Assembly: GCA_037131675.1 (NCBI GenBank)
Contig: JBAXQO010000001.1
Span: forward strand, 25,795 to 89,794
Direction: 5' to 3'
DNA: 64,000 nt
Source: a bacterium
GTDB lineage: Bacteria > Patescibacteriota > Minisyncoccia > Phycocordibacterales > CAIZIN01
Under the pieces are notes generated by a model. It made no database searches, had not been told where the DNA came from, and saw only the letters and a list, made by a program, of their open reading frames with translations. Shown here in pieces: positions 1-9,043 of the stretch (position 1 is the first letter of the stretch; every line of letters starts with the position of its first letter). The position numbers and the translations under genes are program-made.

Positions 1-1
1 A

Positions 2-973
2 CTTGTAAATAACGAGTCAGAGATTCTTATTGCTTCAAATAACAATAAAAATAATCCTGATGTGTGTTTTCTTGTTCATGTGGATGTAGTGGCAGGTAGA
101 CCAGATCAATTTTCAATTAAAGTTAAAGACAATGTTGCTTATGGGCGAGGAGTGAGCGACATGAAATTTTCTATCCCTATTGGTTATTCCCTTTTGAATG
201 AAATGATTGAACAAAAAAGTAAATTGACCTTCTCATTAATAGTAACTTCTGATGAAGAGACAGGTGGTTTTAATGGTGCTCAATTTTTGGCAAAAAAATA
301 TGGTTTGAAACCAAAAATATTAATAGTACCTGATGGTGGTGATGATCTTATCTTTGTAAATAAATCAAAAGGAGTCTGCCAACTTCAAATCACTTCTTGT
401 GGTCGACCAGCTCACTCGTCTAGAATTTGGGAAGGGAGAAATGCAGTCGAACCAATCATCAGGTTATGTAATGAGCTGCTTAAGAGGTATGGTCAAAATA
501 ATAAAAAAGAGACATGGAATACTACCTTCAACATAAGTAAAATCAATGGGGGTATATCAACTAATCAAGTATGTGACAAAGCAGAGGTATCATTTGATTT
601 TCGTTTTCCAGAAGATACTTCATACAAAGAGATTAAAAATGAAGTATCTATAATTGCGAAGGAAATAAGTAGTGACTTATCTGTTAAATTACTTTCCTAC
701 GGTAACCCAACTTTTGTGGAAGAGAAAAATGAGACAGTTATCTTGTTTGTCAAGGCATTTGTTGAAAATTTTAAAAAACAGATAAAAATTGCAGGTACCC
801 ATGGAGCTTCGGATGCTCGTCACTTTACCTCATTAAATATCCCTATTTTAATGATTAAGCCTATAGGCGGAGATATACACGGTGAAAATGAACATATAAA
901 TATTGATTCATGCATCACCTACTACTCAGCTCTTAAAAGTTTTATGAGAAAACTTGAGTATCCTGAGAATTAA
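2..973 (+). CDS. M20-family metallopeptidase (ArgE/DapE-like); 5' end cut by window start
   Basis: Frame is open to position 2. HVDVV metal-binding motif and GRPAHSS motif are typical of peptidase M20 (acetylornithine deacetylase/succinyl-DAP desuccinylase family). Confidence 0.7.
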   Translation, partial: LVNNESEILIASNNNKNNPDVCFLVHVDVVAGRPDQFSIKVKDNVAYGRGVSDMKFSIPIGYSLLNEMIEQKSKLTFSLIVTSDEETGGFNGAQFLAKKYGLKPKILIVPDGGDDLIFVNKSKGVCQLQITSCGRPAHSSRIWEGRNAVEPIIRLCNELLKRYGQNNKKETWNTTFNISKINGGISTNQVCDKAEVSFDFRFPEDTSYKEIKNEVSIIAKEISSDLSVKLLSYGNPTFVEEKNETVILFVKAFVENFKKQIKIAGTHGASDARHFTSLNIPILMIKPIGGDIHGENEHINIDSCITYYSALKSFMRKLEYPEN

Positions 974-2637
974 AATAGCGACTTGAGAAATTCAGTCTTT
1001 CTTTGACCTCCCAACATTGAATAAACATAACCTAAAATTTCACCAATATCAGCATTTTCAATATCAATATAGTTTCTATCTGTTGCAATTAAACCACTTG
1101 CCCCATCCTTCTTTGACTCTGTTAGTATTTTTTTAATGATGGACTGCCAGTACTTAATATTCTTTTCACGCAAATCGATCCATCCACTATTAGCCCAAAG
1201 ATCAATATTTTTAGTACTAATAATATTTTCCTCCTTTATGTTTGGAACATAGAAGTACTCACCCGCTGTTACATGATCATCATTGAAAATAATAGGTAGT
1301 CCCAGAGATACAATTTGTGAACGTACTTGCTGATTGTCTTCTAAGAATTTATTTATTTTTTTAACTAAAGCACCACTTGAGGATTTAACAAGTACTGACA
1401 GAGATTTCTGACTACAAGCTAACATTAAATATATTTCGAAAAGATGTTTTGAAACTGTTGGACCGAGGTTGTTTGTTGCAATGCTAGGAATTGAATTTTT
1501 TACTTCTAGACCAGTAAGTCTATCAAGAATGATACGTCTTTGAATTCCACCTAAATGTGATGGTCCAAGTGCTACTAAGTCCATTGCAGTAAGTAGATCA
1601 TGTCTAGTTGATCCTATTGCCATTTCAATACAGGCTTGAGCAACTTCCTCCCTAGTCACACACTCCATTTGCCCCAACGCTGTTATAGCAGTCATTTCAC
1701 CTAAGCTATAAGCACAGTTTTCACCTGAATCAACGTAGGGCATTTCCATAAAAGTAGAAATTTGTTCACATTTGCCCGGAACAAAAACTTCACCAGATAC
1801 CAATTTAGTTTTTGTCTTAGAATCAACTAGAGGTATACCCCTACCATGAGAACGAAATTGACCAAAACCGACTCCTTGCCAACCAACAAGAGCAGCTGGA
1901 ACAACTACTTTTACGTTAATTCCTGGAGTGTGGGATAGGCCCCAAAATAATTGATGAATAACTCCAGCAGCAGCAACCTTACCCAGAATCCCAGAAGACA
2001 TACCGGGTTCATTTACATCACCGTGTGTATAAAAAAGATTATCACCCATACCACCCAAGCCAGTTGTAGATACTTTTACATAACACTTAACCTTAAAATC
2101 AAGCAAACTCTTTTTAAGAGCTTGAGTGAAGCGAATTAAACTAGGAACAATATTAGAAACAAGAAGGTTTTCTGTTGAATCACACCAGTCTTGTTTCTTA
2201 TCTCCCTTGTTTAAAATTCTTCTTGGAAGAGAATATGGATCATCCTGATAACCAACAACTGTTGCTGTATTAATACCATCAAAGATATAGTCTGGTTTCC
2301 ATTTTTTAACTAAGTAATACAAAGATGATTCTTTGATTAAGTCATCACTCAAATACGAGTAATAATATCTTATTAGTTCTTTTCTATTCTCGGACACATG
2401 AAGCTCATCACGATTAAGATTCATTAATTTCTTAGTAACTAGAGCATTACCCCATGAAATTTGAATATCAATGTTGCAATCTCCTAAATTTGCTTGAATA
2501 TTTTTAAATACCACTACAGCTTCTTTTTTAGTTAAAGTATGTAGGATAATTCTTTTAGGATTATTTTTAATTGATTTAAGAGCACAAGCTTCTCCAATTT
2601 GGCCAGCCCCTAGAATAAGTATAGTTTTATTTCTCAT
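970..2637 (-). CDS. Two-domain protein: N-terminal NAD(P)-binding Rossmann domain + C-terminal FabD-like acyltransferase-like domain; function unknown
   Basis: N-terminus ILGAGQIGEA is a GxGxxG dinucleotide fold. C-terminal half has GWQGVGFGQ followed ~66 residues later by AYSLGE, spacing and shape like the FabD GQGSQ...GHSLGE acyltransferase signature. Confidence 0.4.
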   Translation of the reverse strand: MRNKTILILGAGQIGEACALKSIKNNPKRIILHTLTKKEAVVVFKNIQANLGDCNIDIQISWGNALVTKKLMNLNRDELHVSENRKELIRYYYSYLSDDLIKESSLYYLVKKWKPDYIFDGINTATVVGYQDDPYSLPRRILNKGDKKQDWCDSTENLLVSNIVPSLIRFTQALKKSLLDFKVKCYVKVSTTGLGGMGDNLFYTHGDVNEPGMSSGILGKVAAAGVIHQLFWGLSHTPGINVKVVVPAALVGWQGVGFGQFRSHGRGIPLVDSKTKTKLVSGEVFVPGKCEQISTFMEMPYVDSGENCAYSLGEMTAITALGQMECVTREEVAQACIEMAIGSTRHDLLTAMDLVALGPSHLGGIQRRIILDRLTGLEVKNSIPSIATNNLGPTVSKHLFEIYLMLACSQKSLSVLVKSSSGALVKKINKFLEDNQQVRSQIVSLGLPIIFNDDHVTAGEYFYVPNIKEENIISTKNIDLWANSGWIDLREKNIKYWQSIIKKILTESKKDGASGLIATDRNYIDIENADIGEILGYVYSMLGGQRKTEFLKSLF

Positions 2638-3670
2638 AAAATGTTTTTTTTATGTTATCCACACTCTCATAGTCTGTGATTTTCATAGCATTTCTAACCT
2701 CCTTCATTGTAACAGATGCTAACTTTTGAGCCCTATTAGTACCCTCTAGTAAAGCCTCACGTACAGCTTCTGGATGAGCCTGGAAATAAGCTCTTCTCTC
2801 TCTAATCGGCGTCAAAAATGTATTTAAGACTTCAGATAAGATTTTTTTAAGTTCCCCATCACCAATTTTACCTTCCTTATATTTCTTTTTAAGGTCTTCC
2901 AATTCGGTGCTGTTTTTATGAAAAGCATCTAAGTAACTAAAAACAACATTGCCCTCGATATGTCCTGGATCTGTTGCTTTTAATCTTGTCGGGTCAGTAT
3001 ACATACTCTTTACCTTTCTATTTACCTCTTCTTCTGAATCAGATAAGTAAATACAATTATTCAAACTCTTACTTGCTTTGGCCTTACCATCAATACCAAT
3101 TAATCTAGGTATACGTCCAACCAGAGCCTGAGGTTCTTTAAAGACACTTCCGTAAACATTATTAAATTTACGGACAATTTCTCGTGTCAATTCAATATGT
3201 GGTAATTGGTCTTCTCCTACGGGCACAAGATCAGCCTGAGGTAGTAATATATCCGCAGCCTGAGAAACAGGATAATTATAAAATCCAAGAGAAACATCAC
3301 TTTTCTTTTGTTGAATAATTTCTGCCTTAAGCGTTGGATTTCGATCCACTAAAGAAATAGGAACAAACATACTCAATAACATAAATAGTTCGGCGTGTTC
3401 TGGAACATAACTCTGTATAACAAAAGAACATTTTTTTGGGTCTAATCCTACAGATAACCAGTCTAAGGTAACACTAATAACTGATTTTCTAATTCTATCT
3501 GTTTCACCTAGGTGATCACCTAAGGCTTGATAATCAGAAATTAGAAAAAAGCACTCATACTCATCTTGTAATTTTAGCCAATTTTCTAAAGCACCAACGT
3601 AGTGACCTAAATGAAGTGGTCCGGTTGGGCGTACCCCTGTTAAAATTCTTTTTTTAGGTTTATTCTCCAT
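2627..3670 (-). CDS. trpS: Tryptophanyl-tRNA synthetase, copy 1 (genome-typical low GC)
   Basis: Class I aaRS HIGH motif (PTGPLHLGH), QDEYECFF and VSQAADIL blocks typical of TrpRS. KMSKS present as KASKS. No cysteine cluster. Confidence 0.9.
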   Translation of the reverse strand: MENKPKKRILTGVRPTGPLHLGHYVGALENWLKLQDEYECFFLISDYQALGDHLGETDRIRKSVISVTLDWLSVGLDPKKCSFVIQSYVPEHAELFMLLSMFVPISLVDRNPTLKAEIIQQKKSDVSLGFYNYPVSQAADILLPQADLVPVGEDQLPHIELTREIVRKFNNVYGSVFKEPQALVGRIPRLIGIDGKAKASKSLNNCIYLSDSEEEVNRKVKSMYTDPTRLKATDPGHIEGNVVFSYLDAFHKNSTELEDLKKKYKEGKIGDGELKKILSEVLNTFLTPIRERRAYFQAHPEAVREALLEGTNRAQKLASVTMKEVRNAMKITDYESVDNIKKTFYEK

Positions 3671-3801
3671 GTGGAAAATAGTATACCATACTTAGTCAAG
3701 CCAAACACGTTGACAAGTTAGGTCTCACCTGTATACTCAAATAAGCTTATTGCACATTAACAGTTGGTGTTAGTCAAATACAAAAAAAGGAACACGAGAT
3801 T

Positions 3802-4809
3802 ATGAAAAAACGGATTCTAACAGGAGATCGACCTACGGGAAGGCTCCACATTGGCCATTTGGTTGGAACGCTTCAAAATCGCGTTCGACTTCAGGACGAA
3901 TATGAGTGCTTCTTCGTTATTGCCGATCTACAGGTCCTCACGGACCACATTGATCTTCACAGCAACATCGAAGCAAACATTTTCGAGGTGATGTGTGACT
4001 ATTTGAGTGTTGGATTGAAACCTGAAAATTGTTTCTTTATCCAATCACAAGTACCAGAACTTTGTGAACTGACCATGTATTTTTCCTTCCTGGTTTCTCT
4101 TGCTAGTGTACAGAGAAACCCAACGGTGAAAAGCGAGGCAGAAATGTATGGCGTGTCACAAATGAGTTTGGGCTTTGTTAGCTACCCTGTTTCTCAGGCC
4201 GCTGACATTCTTGCCTTTAATGCAGATTTAGTTCCTGTTGGACAGGATCAACTTCCGCATATTGAGCAAGCTCGAGAAGTCGCAAGAACTTTTAACAGAA
4301 CCTTCGGTAAGAAGATTTTCAATCTTCCTGAGGCGCTGGTTGGAGAGATACCTGTCTTATCAGGCACCAAAGGAGATCAGAAAATGAGCAAGAGTTTGAA
4401 TAATCAGATTGACCTTGCTCACTCTGGAGAAGAAACTTCGCTCAGAATCGGGAAGATGGTGACAGATGTTCAGCGTGTTTTTCGTAAAGATGTTGGACAC
4501 CCTGACAGTTGCCAAGCTTTTAAATACTGGTCCATCTTTGCCCCCGAAGCAACTCAACAAGTTCGTTTTGAGTGTGAGGGTGCAATGCGTGGCTGCAAGG
4601 AATGCAAAGCACAACTGGCAGATAAAATGAACACCTATCTTGGCGAGATCCGTGAGAAAAGGAAATACTATGCTTCCAAACCAAACCTTGTCTGGGAGAT
4701 TCTAGCTAGTGGTACCAAGCGAGCTCGTCAGGTTGCAAAACAAACCTTGATGGAAGTGAGAGAATCTATGCATCTTTCGTTTCCGCTCCTCAAACTGCCT
4801 TCTGACTAA
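3802..4809 (+). CDS. trpS: Tryptophanyl-tRNA synthetase paralog, copy 2 (higher GC, C-x20-C-x6-C-x2-C motif)
   Basis: HIGH (PTGRLHIGH) and KMSKS intact; ~50% identical to copy 1 by eye. Contains DSC...FECEGAMRGCKECK Cys4 arrangement resembling the [4Fe-4S] TrpRS of Thermotoga. Visibly GC-richer than flanks. Confidence 0.85.
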   Translation: MKKRILTGDRPTGRLHIGHLVGTLQNRVRLQDEYECFFVIADLQVLTDHIDLHSNIEANIFEVMCDYLSVGLKPENCFFIQSQVPELCELTMYFSFLVSLASVQRNPTVKSEAEMYGVSQMSLGFVSYPVSQAADILAFNADLVPVGQDQLPHIEQAREVARTFNRTFGKKIFNLPEALVGEIPVLSGTKGDQKMSKSLNNQIDLAHSGEETSLRIGKMVTDVQRVFRKDVGHPDSCQAFKYWSIFAPEATQQVRFECEGAMRGCKECKAQLADKMNTYLGEIREKRKYYASKPNLVWEILASGTKRARQVAKQTLMEVRESMHLSFPLLKLPSD

Positions 4810-4830
4810 GATGTAAGACTAGTAATAAAA

Positions 4831-4868
4831 ATCACCCAAGTGCTTCAGAGCTTTGGGTGATTTTCTTT
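4831..4868 (+). terminator. Rho-independent terminator after trpS copy 2
   Basis: ATCACCCAA...TTGGGTGAT stem followed by TTTTCTTT. Confidence 0.5.
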
Positions 4869-5003
4869 AAATAACTATACTGTATAATAATATAACCAAA
4901 TGTTATGAAAATACAGATCACCACACTTTAATTTAATAAAAGATTTTTATAGTAAAATATTCTTACTTTACTAAATATAATTCCACATATTAAGTATAAT
5001 TAA

Positions 5004-5960
5004 ATGACATGCATGCTAATAAATACCCTTAGTAAACAAAAGAAGCAGACTAAATTTGATTTAAGATTATTAAATTTTATAACAGAAACCATTGGACCCA
5101 AATTTGAAATTAGTAAGGTGTATGGTGGACTTGTACACGATGTATATAAAATTCATAATAAAAATACATATCATTATCTTAAACTAAGAGGAAGTTACTT
5201 TTCAATGATCCCAAACATAGTCATAAACCCCAAAGATATAAAATATGAAAAAAAGGCTTTAGAAATTTTCTCCAAATTATTACCGGATATTTTCCCTACA
5301 ATAATTGCCTTTAACGAGGAACTATCTGCGATTATTTTGAGCGATATCAACCCTTCTGGGTACACATTAGAACTTTTATTTAACCAACAAAAAGTCAATG
5401 TACTTATTATGGAAAAAATTGGAATAGCCTTAGGTAGAACTCATTTTTACTTGAGAACAATTACCGATTCAATCCGTCCAGATGACGACAAAAATTATTA
5501 TGAATCAAATTTTTGTGATAGATTTTTAAAGTTTAACTATCCAATCGCGAATATTTGCGCGAAAAAACTAGTTTCGGATCTCAAAAAAATTCCCAGACAA
5601 CTTATTTTATCAGACCTGTCTCCTAAGAATATAGGTATTAGTGAGGATAATAAAATTAGTTTTTTTGATTTAGAATGTGTACATAAAGGAAATACAATCT
5701 TTGATTTAGGGTTTTTGTTAGGACATATTACTTTACACTCAAAAAACAATTCAAATGTTCTTATTAAAAGTCTATTACAGGGCTATATGATGTCTATAAA
5801 TGATTCCATTGACTCTAAAATGTTAGAAAAAATTATGGGCATTACTATTTTATATAGATTATGTAATGAAATTATACCTTATCCATTACCTATTTCTGAT
5901 GCAGAAAAAAAGGCCCTAATTGAAAAAGCTTGTTGTTTATTAAATATAGATAAAAAATAG
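5004..5960 (+). CDS. APH/choline-kinase-like phosphotransferase fold protein
   Basis: LSDLSPKNIGI resembles the Brenner motif (hxDxxxxN) and FFDLE resembles the DFE/DLE metal-binding motif of the aminoglycoside phosphotransferase/ChoK family. Very AT-rich. Confidence 0.5.
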   Translation: MTCMLINTLSKQKKQTKFDLRLLNFITETIGPKFEISKVYGGLVHDVYKIHNKNTYHYLKLRGSYFSMIPNIVINPKDIKYEKKALEIFSKLLPDIFPTIIAFNEELSAIILSDINPSGYTLELLFNQQKVNVLIMEKIGIALGRTHFYLRTITDSIRPDDDKNYYESNFCDRFLKFNYPIANICAKKLVSDLKKIPRQLILSDLSPKNIGISEDNKISFFDLECVHKGNTIFDLGFLLGHITLHSKNNSNVLIKSLLQGYMMSINDSIDSKMLEKIMGITILYRLCNEIIPYPLPISDAEKKALIEKACCLLNIDKK

Positions 5961-5996
5961 GGGTTTTTAATTATTACGTTAAAAACCCCTATTTGA
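5959..5996. terminator. Bidirectional terminator between convergent kinase-like and GNAT genes
   Basis: 12-bp stem AGGGGTTTTTAA/TTAAAAACCCCT with 8-nt loop, A/T runs on both sides. Confidence 0.6.
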
Positions 5997-6001
5997 ATTT
6001 C

Positions 6002-6712
6002 TTAATTCTCCCCAATAAACAAAAAGCCATTGTGGGTAGAACCATCCTCAACACTGAGTGCTGTTTCGAACCATTGGTTTACAGTTTTAATACGAGAACA
6101 GGGAATCTTATCGTATAAACACTTCTCATACAACCCTGTTACAACAAATGAATTCAGGTCGATATTCCCAGATCGACCAAAGGTAAGTTTTGTACCCAAC
6201 TTCCTAAGATCCATTGGAACCTCTGGATTTTTTGGGTTAGGGTAGACTTTGGTGCGCAAACCTTCCAACAAACAAAACATGATTGGATTTTGAGTCGTGA
6301 ATGCAATCATGCGCAAGTTTGCTTTACTAGAAAGTGTATGAGCAAGTTTTCTGCCAACACCTCGACATTTATAATTCTGAGCAGTTGCAATTCCATGAAG
6401 ATAGAAAACTCCTTCTTCAGGAAAAACCTTCGATGAAGCGAAGCCTAAAATCTGACCATGGTCATGAAGAAAGGCTATTGAACCCGCATCAACTACATGA
6501 TTTCTAACACCGTCATCGGTATCATTATCGAGATCTGCTCCAAAACTTTCAGCTGTGATTTTTTTGAGATCTACAATCAAACGATCTACAACCTCAGCAT
6601 TCACAGAATCAGTCAATATCAATCTTGGATTGTCCAACACGGAAATGGTTGCCCCTTCCCAATCAACAGACCAAACATTCTGTTTGGAAAGAAAATCGCT
6701 AAATGTTTGCAT
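6002..6712 (-). CDS. GNAT family N-acetyltransferase
   Basis: Motif A-like HGIATAQNYKCRGVGRKLAH (Q/R-x-x-G-x-G/A) of acetyl-CoA-binding GNAT fold. Confidence 0.6.
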   Translation of the reverse strand: MQTFSDFLSKQNVWSVDWEGATISVLDNPRLILTDSVNAEVVDRLIVDLKKITAESFGADLDNDTDDGVRNHVVDAGSIAFLHDHGQILGFASSKVFPEEGVFYLHGIATAQNYKCRGVGRKLAHTLSSKANLRMIAFTTQNPIMFCLLEGLRTKVYPNPKNPEVPMDLRKLGTKLTFGRSGNIDLNSFVVTGLYEKCLYDKIPCSRIKTVNQWFETALSVEDGSTHNGFLFIGEN

Positions 6713-6837
6713 AATTTTATTACCTCCTATTTTAAAGATCGTTAAAACAAAATTCTATTCTGTATAGTACATATAAAAAGAAAGAAGTCAATTTTACTTT
6801 TAAATTAAATAGTGCTAGTATGAAAAAAGTTAAAAAA

Positions 6838-6910
6838 GGGCGTGTCGGTTAATTGGTTAAACCCATAGTCTCCAAAACTATTACTGTGGGTTCAAGTCCC
6901 ACCACGCTCG
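6838..6910 (+). tRNA. tRNA-Trp (anticodon CCA)
   Basis: 73-nt cloverleaf folded by hand. Acceptor GGGCGTG/CACGCTC (one G-U). D-stem GGTT/AACC. Anticodon stem ATAGT/ACTAT with loop CTCCAAA (U33, CCA, A37). T-arm GTGGG-TTCAAGT-CCCAC. Discriminator G. No encoded CCA. Confidence 0.85.
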
Positions 6911-6938
6911 CGTCCCTTCTAGGTACAGATAAAAGAAA

Positions 6939-6974
6939 AACCACCCGAACTTTCATTCAGGTGGTTATTTTATT
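6939..6974. terminator. Hairpin + T-run between tRNA-Trp and the convergent chorismate mutase gene
   Basis: AACCACC...GGTGGTT stem with long loop followed by ATTTTATT. Could terminate either strand. Confidence 0.45.
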
Positions 6975-6981
6975 GATTGCT

Positions 6982-8103
6982 TCAGACTTTTTTTCCAGCA
7001 ACAATGATGTATGCCCCTAACCCAGTTTCCGTTTGGACAATAATGTCATCTAGCTCCTGGATAGTTCCAACTGGCTTTATACTTTCAATAATTTCAGTTG
7101 GAAGGATTGAAGTAAGTACAGGGTAAGTATATGATTCCAAAACACAAAGCCGATCTGGAATCATTCCTTTTATCTCACTCAGGGTATATGGCTGAGCAAA
7201 AATTGGGATTAATTCATTACCCAGCCTAACCTCCAAGCAATTTCTTTCCTGATCAATACCTGCAACTAATCCGAGTGGCCAAGGGAAAAAAGTTCTTTGG
7301 GCCCATGCCTCTTTGTTATAGAAAGAGATAAGAAAACGCCCGTGCGGTTTCAACACCCTCCTAATTTCAGAGAAGACAAAACTCAAATTTTGAACATCAC
7401 TCCCAGTGCCATTATTCATGATCAGAAATGAAACGGAACAATCTTCAACTGGGAATCGACTTTCAATGTCATGAACTTCCAGGTTGATATTTTTCAAACC
7501 CTCTTTTGCAACCCCTTTTAGGCCGAACTCAACCATCGCAGGACTTATATCGAACCCTTGGAGCTTTCTGAACCTTTTCGAGAGTCGTCTGATTTCCTTA
7601 CCTGTAGCACAACCTAAATCGAGAGCATATTTTCCATCACAAGATTGAGAGATTATTCTATCAATTACACCATGCTCAAATTTTGTAAGAGCAGCTGTTG
7701 CAGGATGCTCTCTATCATACTCCAAATCATATTTGGGGGCCCACGATTCAGTAAGCCTAATAAGATTAGCCTGAAGCTCTTCGTAAGTAGGGTTAAACTT
7801 CTCAGAAGAATTCCCAAGTCTTAAACTATCGACAATTACCATTTGGTTCTTGCACGACTCCCCAATGACTGGGTACAAAAGTGAGCGAGCAAATTCGGGA
7901 TTTACCCCCTCTTCTTCCGCCCACTTTGAAACTTGATCTAACCGTTCTTTTTCTTTTTGAGAACGATAAAGAGGAGAACCATCCTCAATCTTTATCATTG
8001 CAACTTCCTTTGCCAAACGAACACGCCTGGCCAACAAGTGGACAAAATGCCTATCGACAGATGCTATCTTTTGGCCTAAAATATCAAGTCTATCTTTTTT
8101 CAT
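6982..8103 (-). CDS. Chorismate mutase (AroQ-type) fused to class I SAM-dependent methyltransferase
   Basis: N-terminal LDILGQKIASVDRHFVHLLARRVRLAKEVAMIK...RSQKEKERL matches the AroQ chorismate mutase helix pattern. C-terminal DLGCATGKE...GFDISPAMVEFG is a class I MTase motif I. Start set at the ATG at 8101-8103, preceded by GGAGG 9 nt upstream. The longer tracked ORF (to 8280) would overlap the next gene. Confidence 0.65.
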   Translation of the reverse strand: MKKDRLDILGQKIASVDRHFVHLLARRVRLAKEVAMIKIEDGSPLYRSQKEKERLDQVSKWAEEEGVNPEFARSLLYPVIGESCKNQMVIVDSLRLGNSSEKFNPTYEELQANLIRLTESWAPKYDLEYDREHPATAALTKFEHGVIDRIISQSCDGKYALDLGCATGKEIRRLSKRFRKLQGFDISPAMVEFGLKGVAKEGLKNINLEVHDIESRFPVEDCSVSFLIMNNGTGSDVQNLSFVFSEIRRVLKPHGRFLISFYNKEAWAQRTFFPWPLGLVAGIDQERNCLEVRLGNELIPIFAQPYTLSEIKGMIPDRLCVLESYTYPVLTSILPTEIIESIKPVGTIQELDDIIVQTETGLGAYIIVAGKKV

Positions 8104-8215
8104 TTTAATGTACCTCCAGTTGACAATACTATTGGTTTGTATTGTTTTGTCAAATAAGAAAAAACCTTGTTCAACAGTTCTGTGTGTACAAGGTTTATAG
8201 ATATTAATATATATC

Positions 8216-8470
8216 CTAACTTTTTTTATTAATATTGAAGTGCGGCTCTGGAATCTCAGACTGACATTTTCCACAGACAATCTTTTCTTCCACTATTTTA
8301 GACGAAATGTATTGGTGGCATTCTTGACACCAAACCAATATCTTTTTGCATGAGGGACAGTGACGTTTCGAAACATCTTTGTCTGGTAAAATAATTCCGG
8401 AAGTACCGAAACCACAACTTAGACAAAAGAAACGAACGCCTATAGGATGTGTTTTTGGTATTGTATTCAT
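8216..8470 (-). CDS. Small Cys-rich zinc-ribbon protein (four CxxC pairs)
   Basis: CLSCG, CPSCK, CQEC, CGKCQ motifs in 84 aa. Confidence 0.5.
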   Translation of the reverse strand: MNTIPKTHPIGVRFFCLSCGFGTSGIILPDKDVSKRHCPSCKKILVWCQECHQYISSKIVEEKIVCGKCQSEIPEPHFNINKKS

Positions 8471-8613
8471 TTGTTAAATAACTGTTTGGTTATGATGTTA
8501 ACACTCGAAAAATATTTGTCAAAATGCCCCGTCAACATGTTCACATTATACTTTTCTTATTCCAATACATAACTTTACTTGACTAAACCACTACACTTTG
8601 ATAAAGTAGTTGA

Positions 8614-8928
8614 ATGAACTGGGACACGAAAGAAAACAAACGTTTAATTGAAGCAATCTTAGCTCTGGAAACAAGAGCTGAGGCTAAGTTGTTTTTGCGT
8701 GACCTCATGACCGAAGGGGAAATTGAAGAATTTGCAAAACGATTTAAAACAGCTGAAATGCTCGTAGATAAAATCCCCTACTCTATTATCGAAAAAGAGA
8801 CTGGCTTTAGCTCCACAACAGTCGCAAGAGTCTCTAAATGGCTCCGAGGCAAGCAAGGAGGCTACAAAGCGATGATTAACAAATTACATCATCATAACTC
8901 TAACCAAATAAGGAAAGAGTTGTCTTGA
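8614..8928 (+). CDS. TrpR-related YerC/YecD-family DNA-binding protein
   Basis: LIEAILALETRAEAKLFLRDLMTEGEIEEFAKRFKTAEML...TGFSSTTVARVSKWL closely parallels the Bacillus YerC (Trp repressor-like, PF01371) sequence pattern. Confidence 0.7.
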   Translation: MNWDTKENKRLIEAILALETRAEAKLFLRDLMTEGEIEEFAKRFKTAEMLVDKIPYSIIEKETGFSSTTVARVSKWLRGKQGGYKAMINKLHHHNSNQIRKELS

Positions 8929-9043
8929 TTGGATTTTAAATAATAAAGCCAGCCCCTTCCTTATTTGAAATTTGGAGGGGGTTTTGTTTATCTACCTAGT
9001 ACAAAAATGATAAACATGTAGTTCTTTAAAAGAAAGTTAACAT

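Noticed and set aside
1951-2139. Short shadow ORFs inside or antisense to long conserved genes (e.g. 1951..2139, 4360..4614, 15273..15521, 33404..33715, 63446..63805)
   Set aside because: Fully contained within or antisense to genes with strong homology-based support. Low-complexity translations.
8104-8280. Longer N-terminal extension of the chorismate mutase-MTase ORF (tracked start 8280)
   Set aside because: Extension translates to low-complexity junk and overlaps the zinc-ribbon gene (8216..8470). An ATG at 8101-8103 with GGAGG 9 nt upstream gives a clean start right at the AroQ domain.
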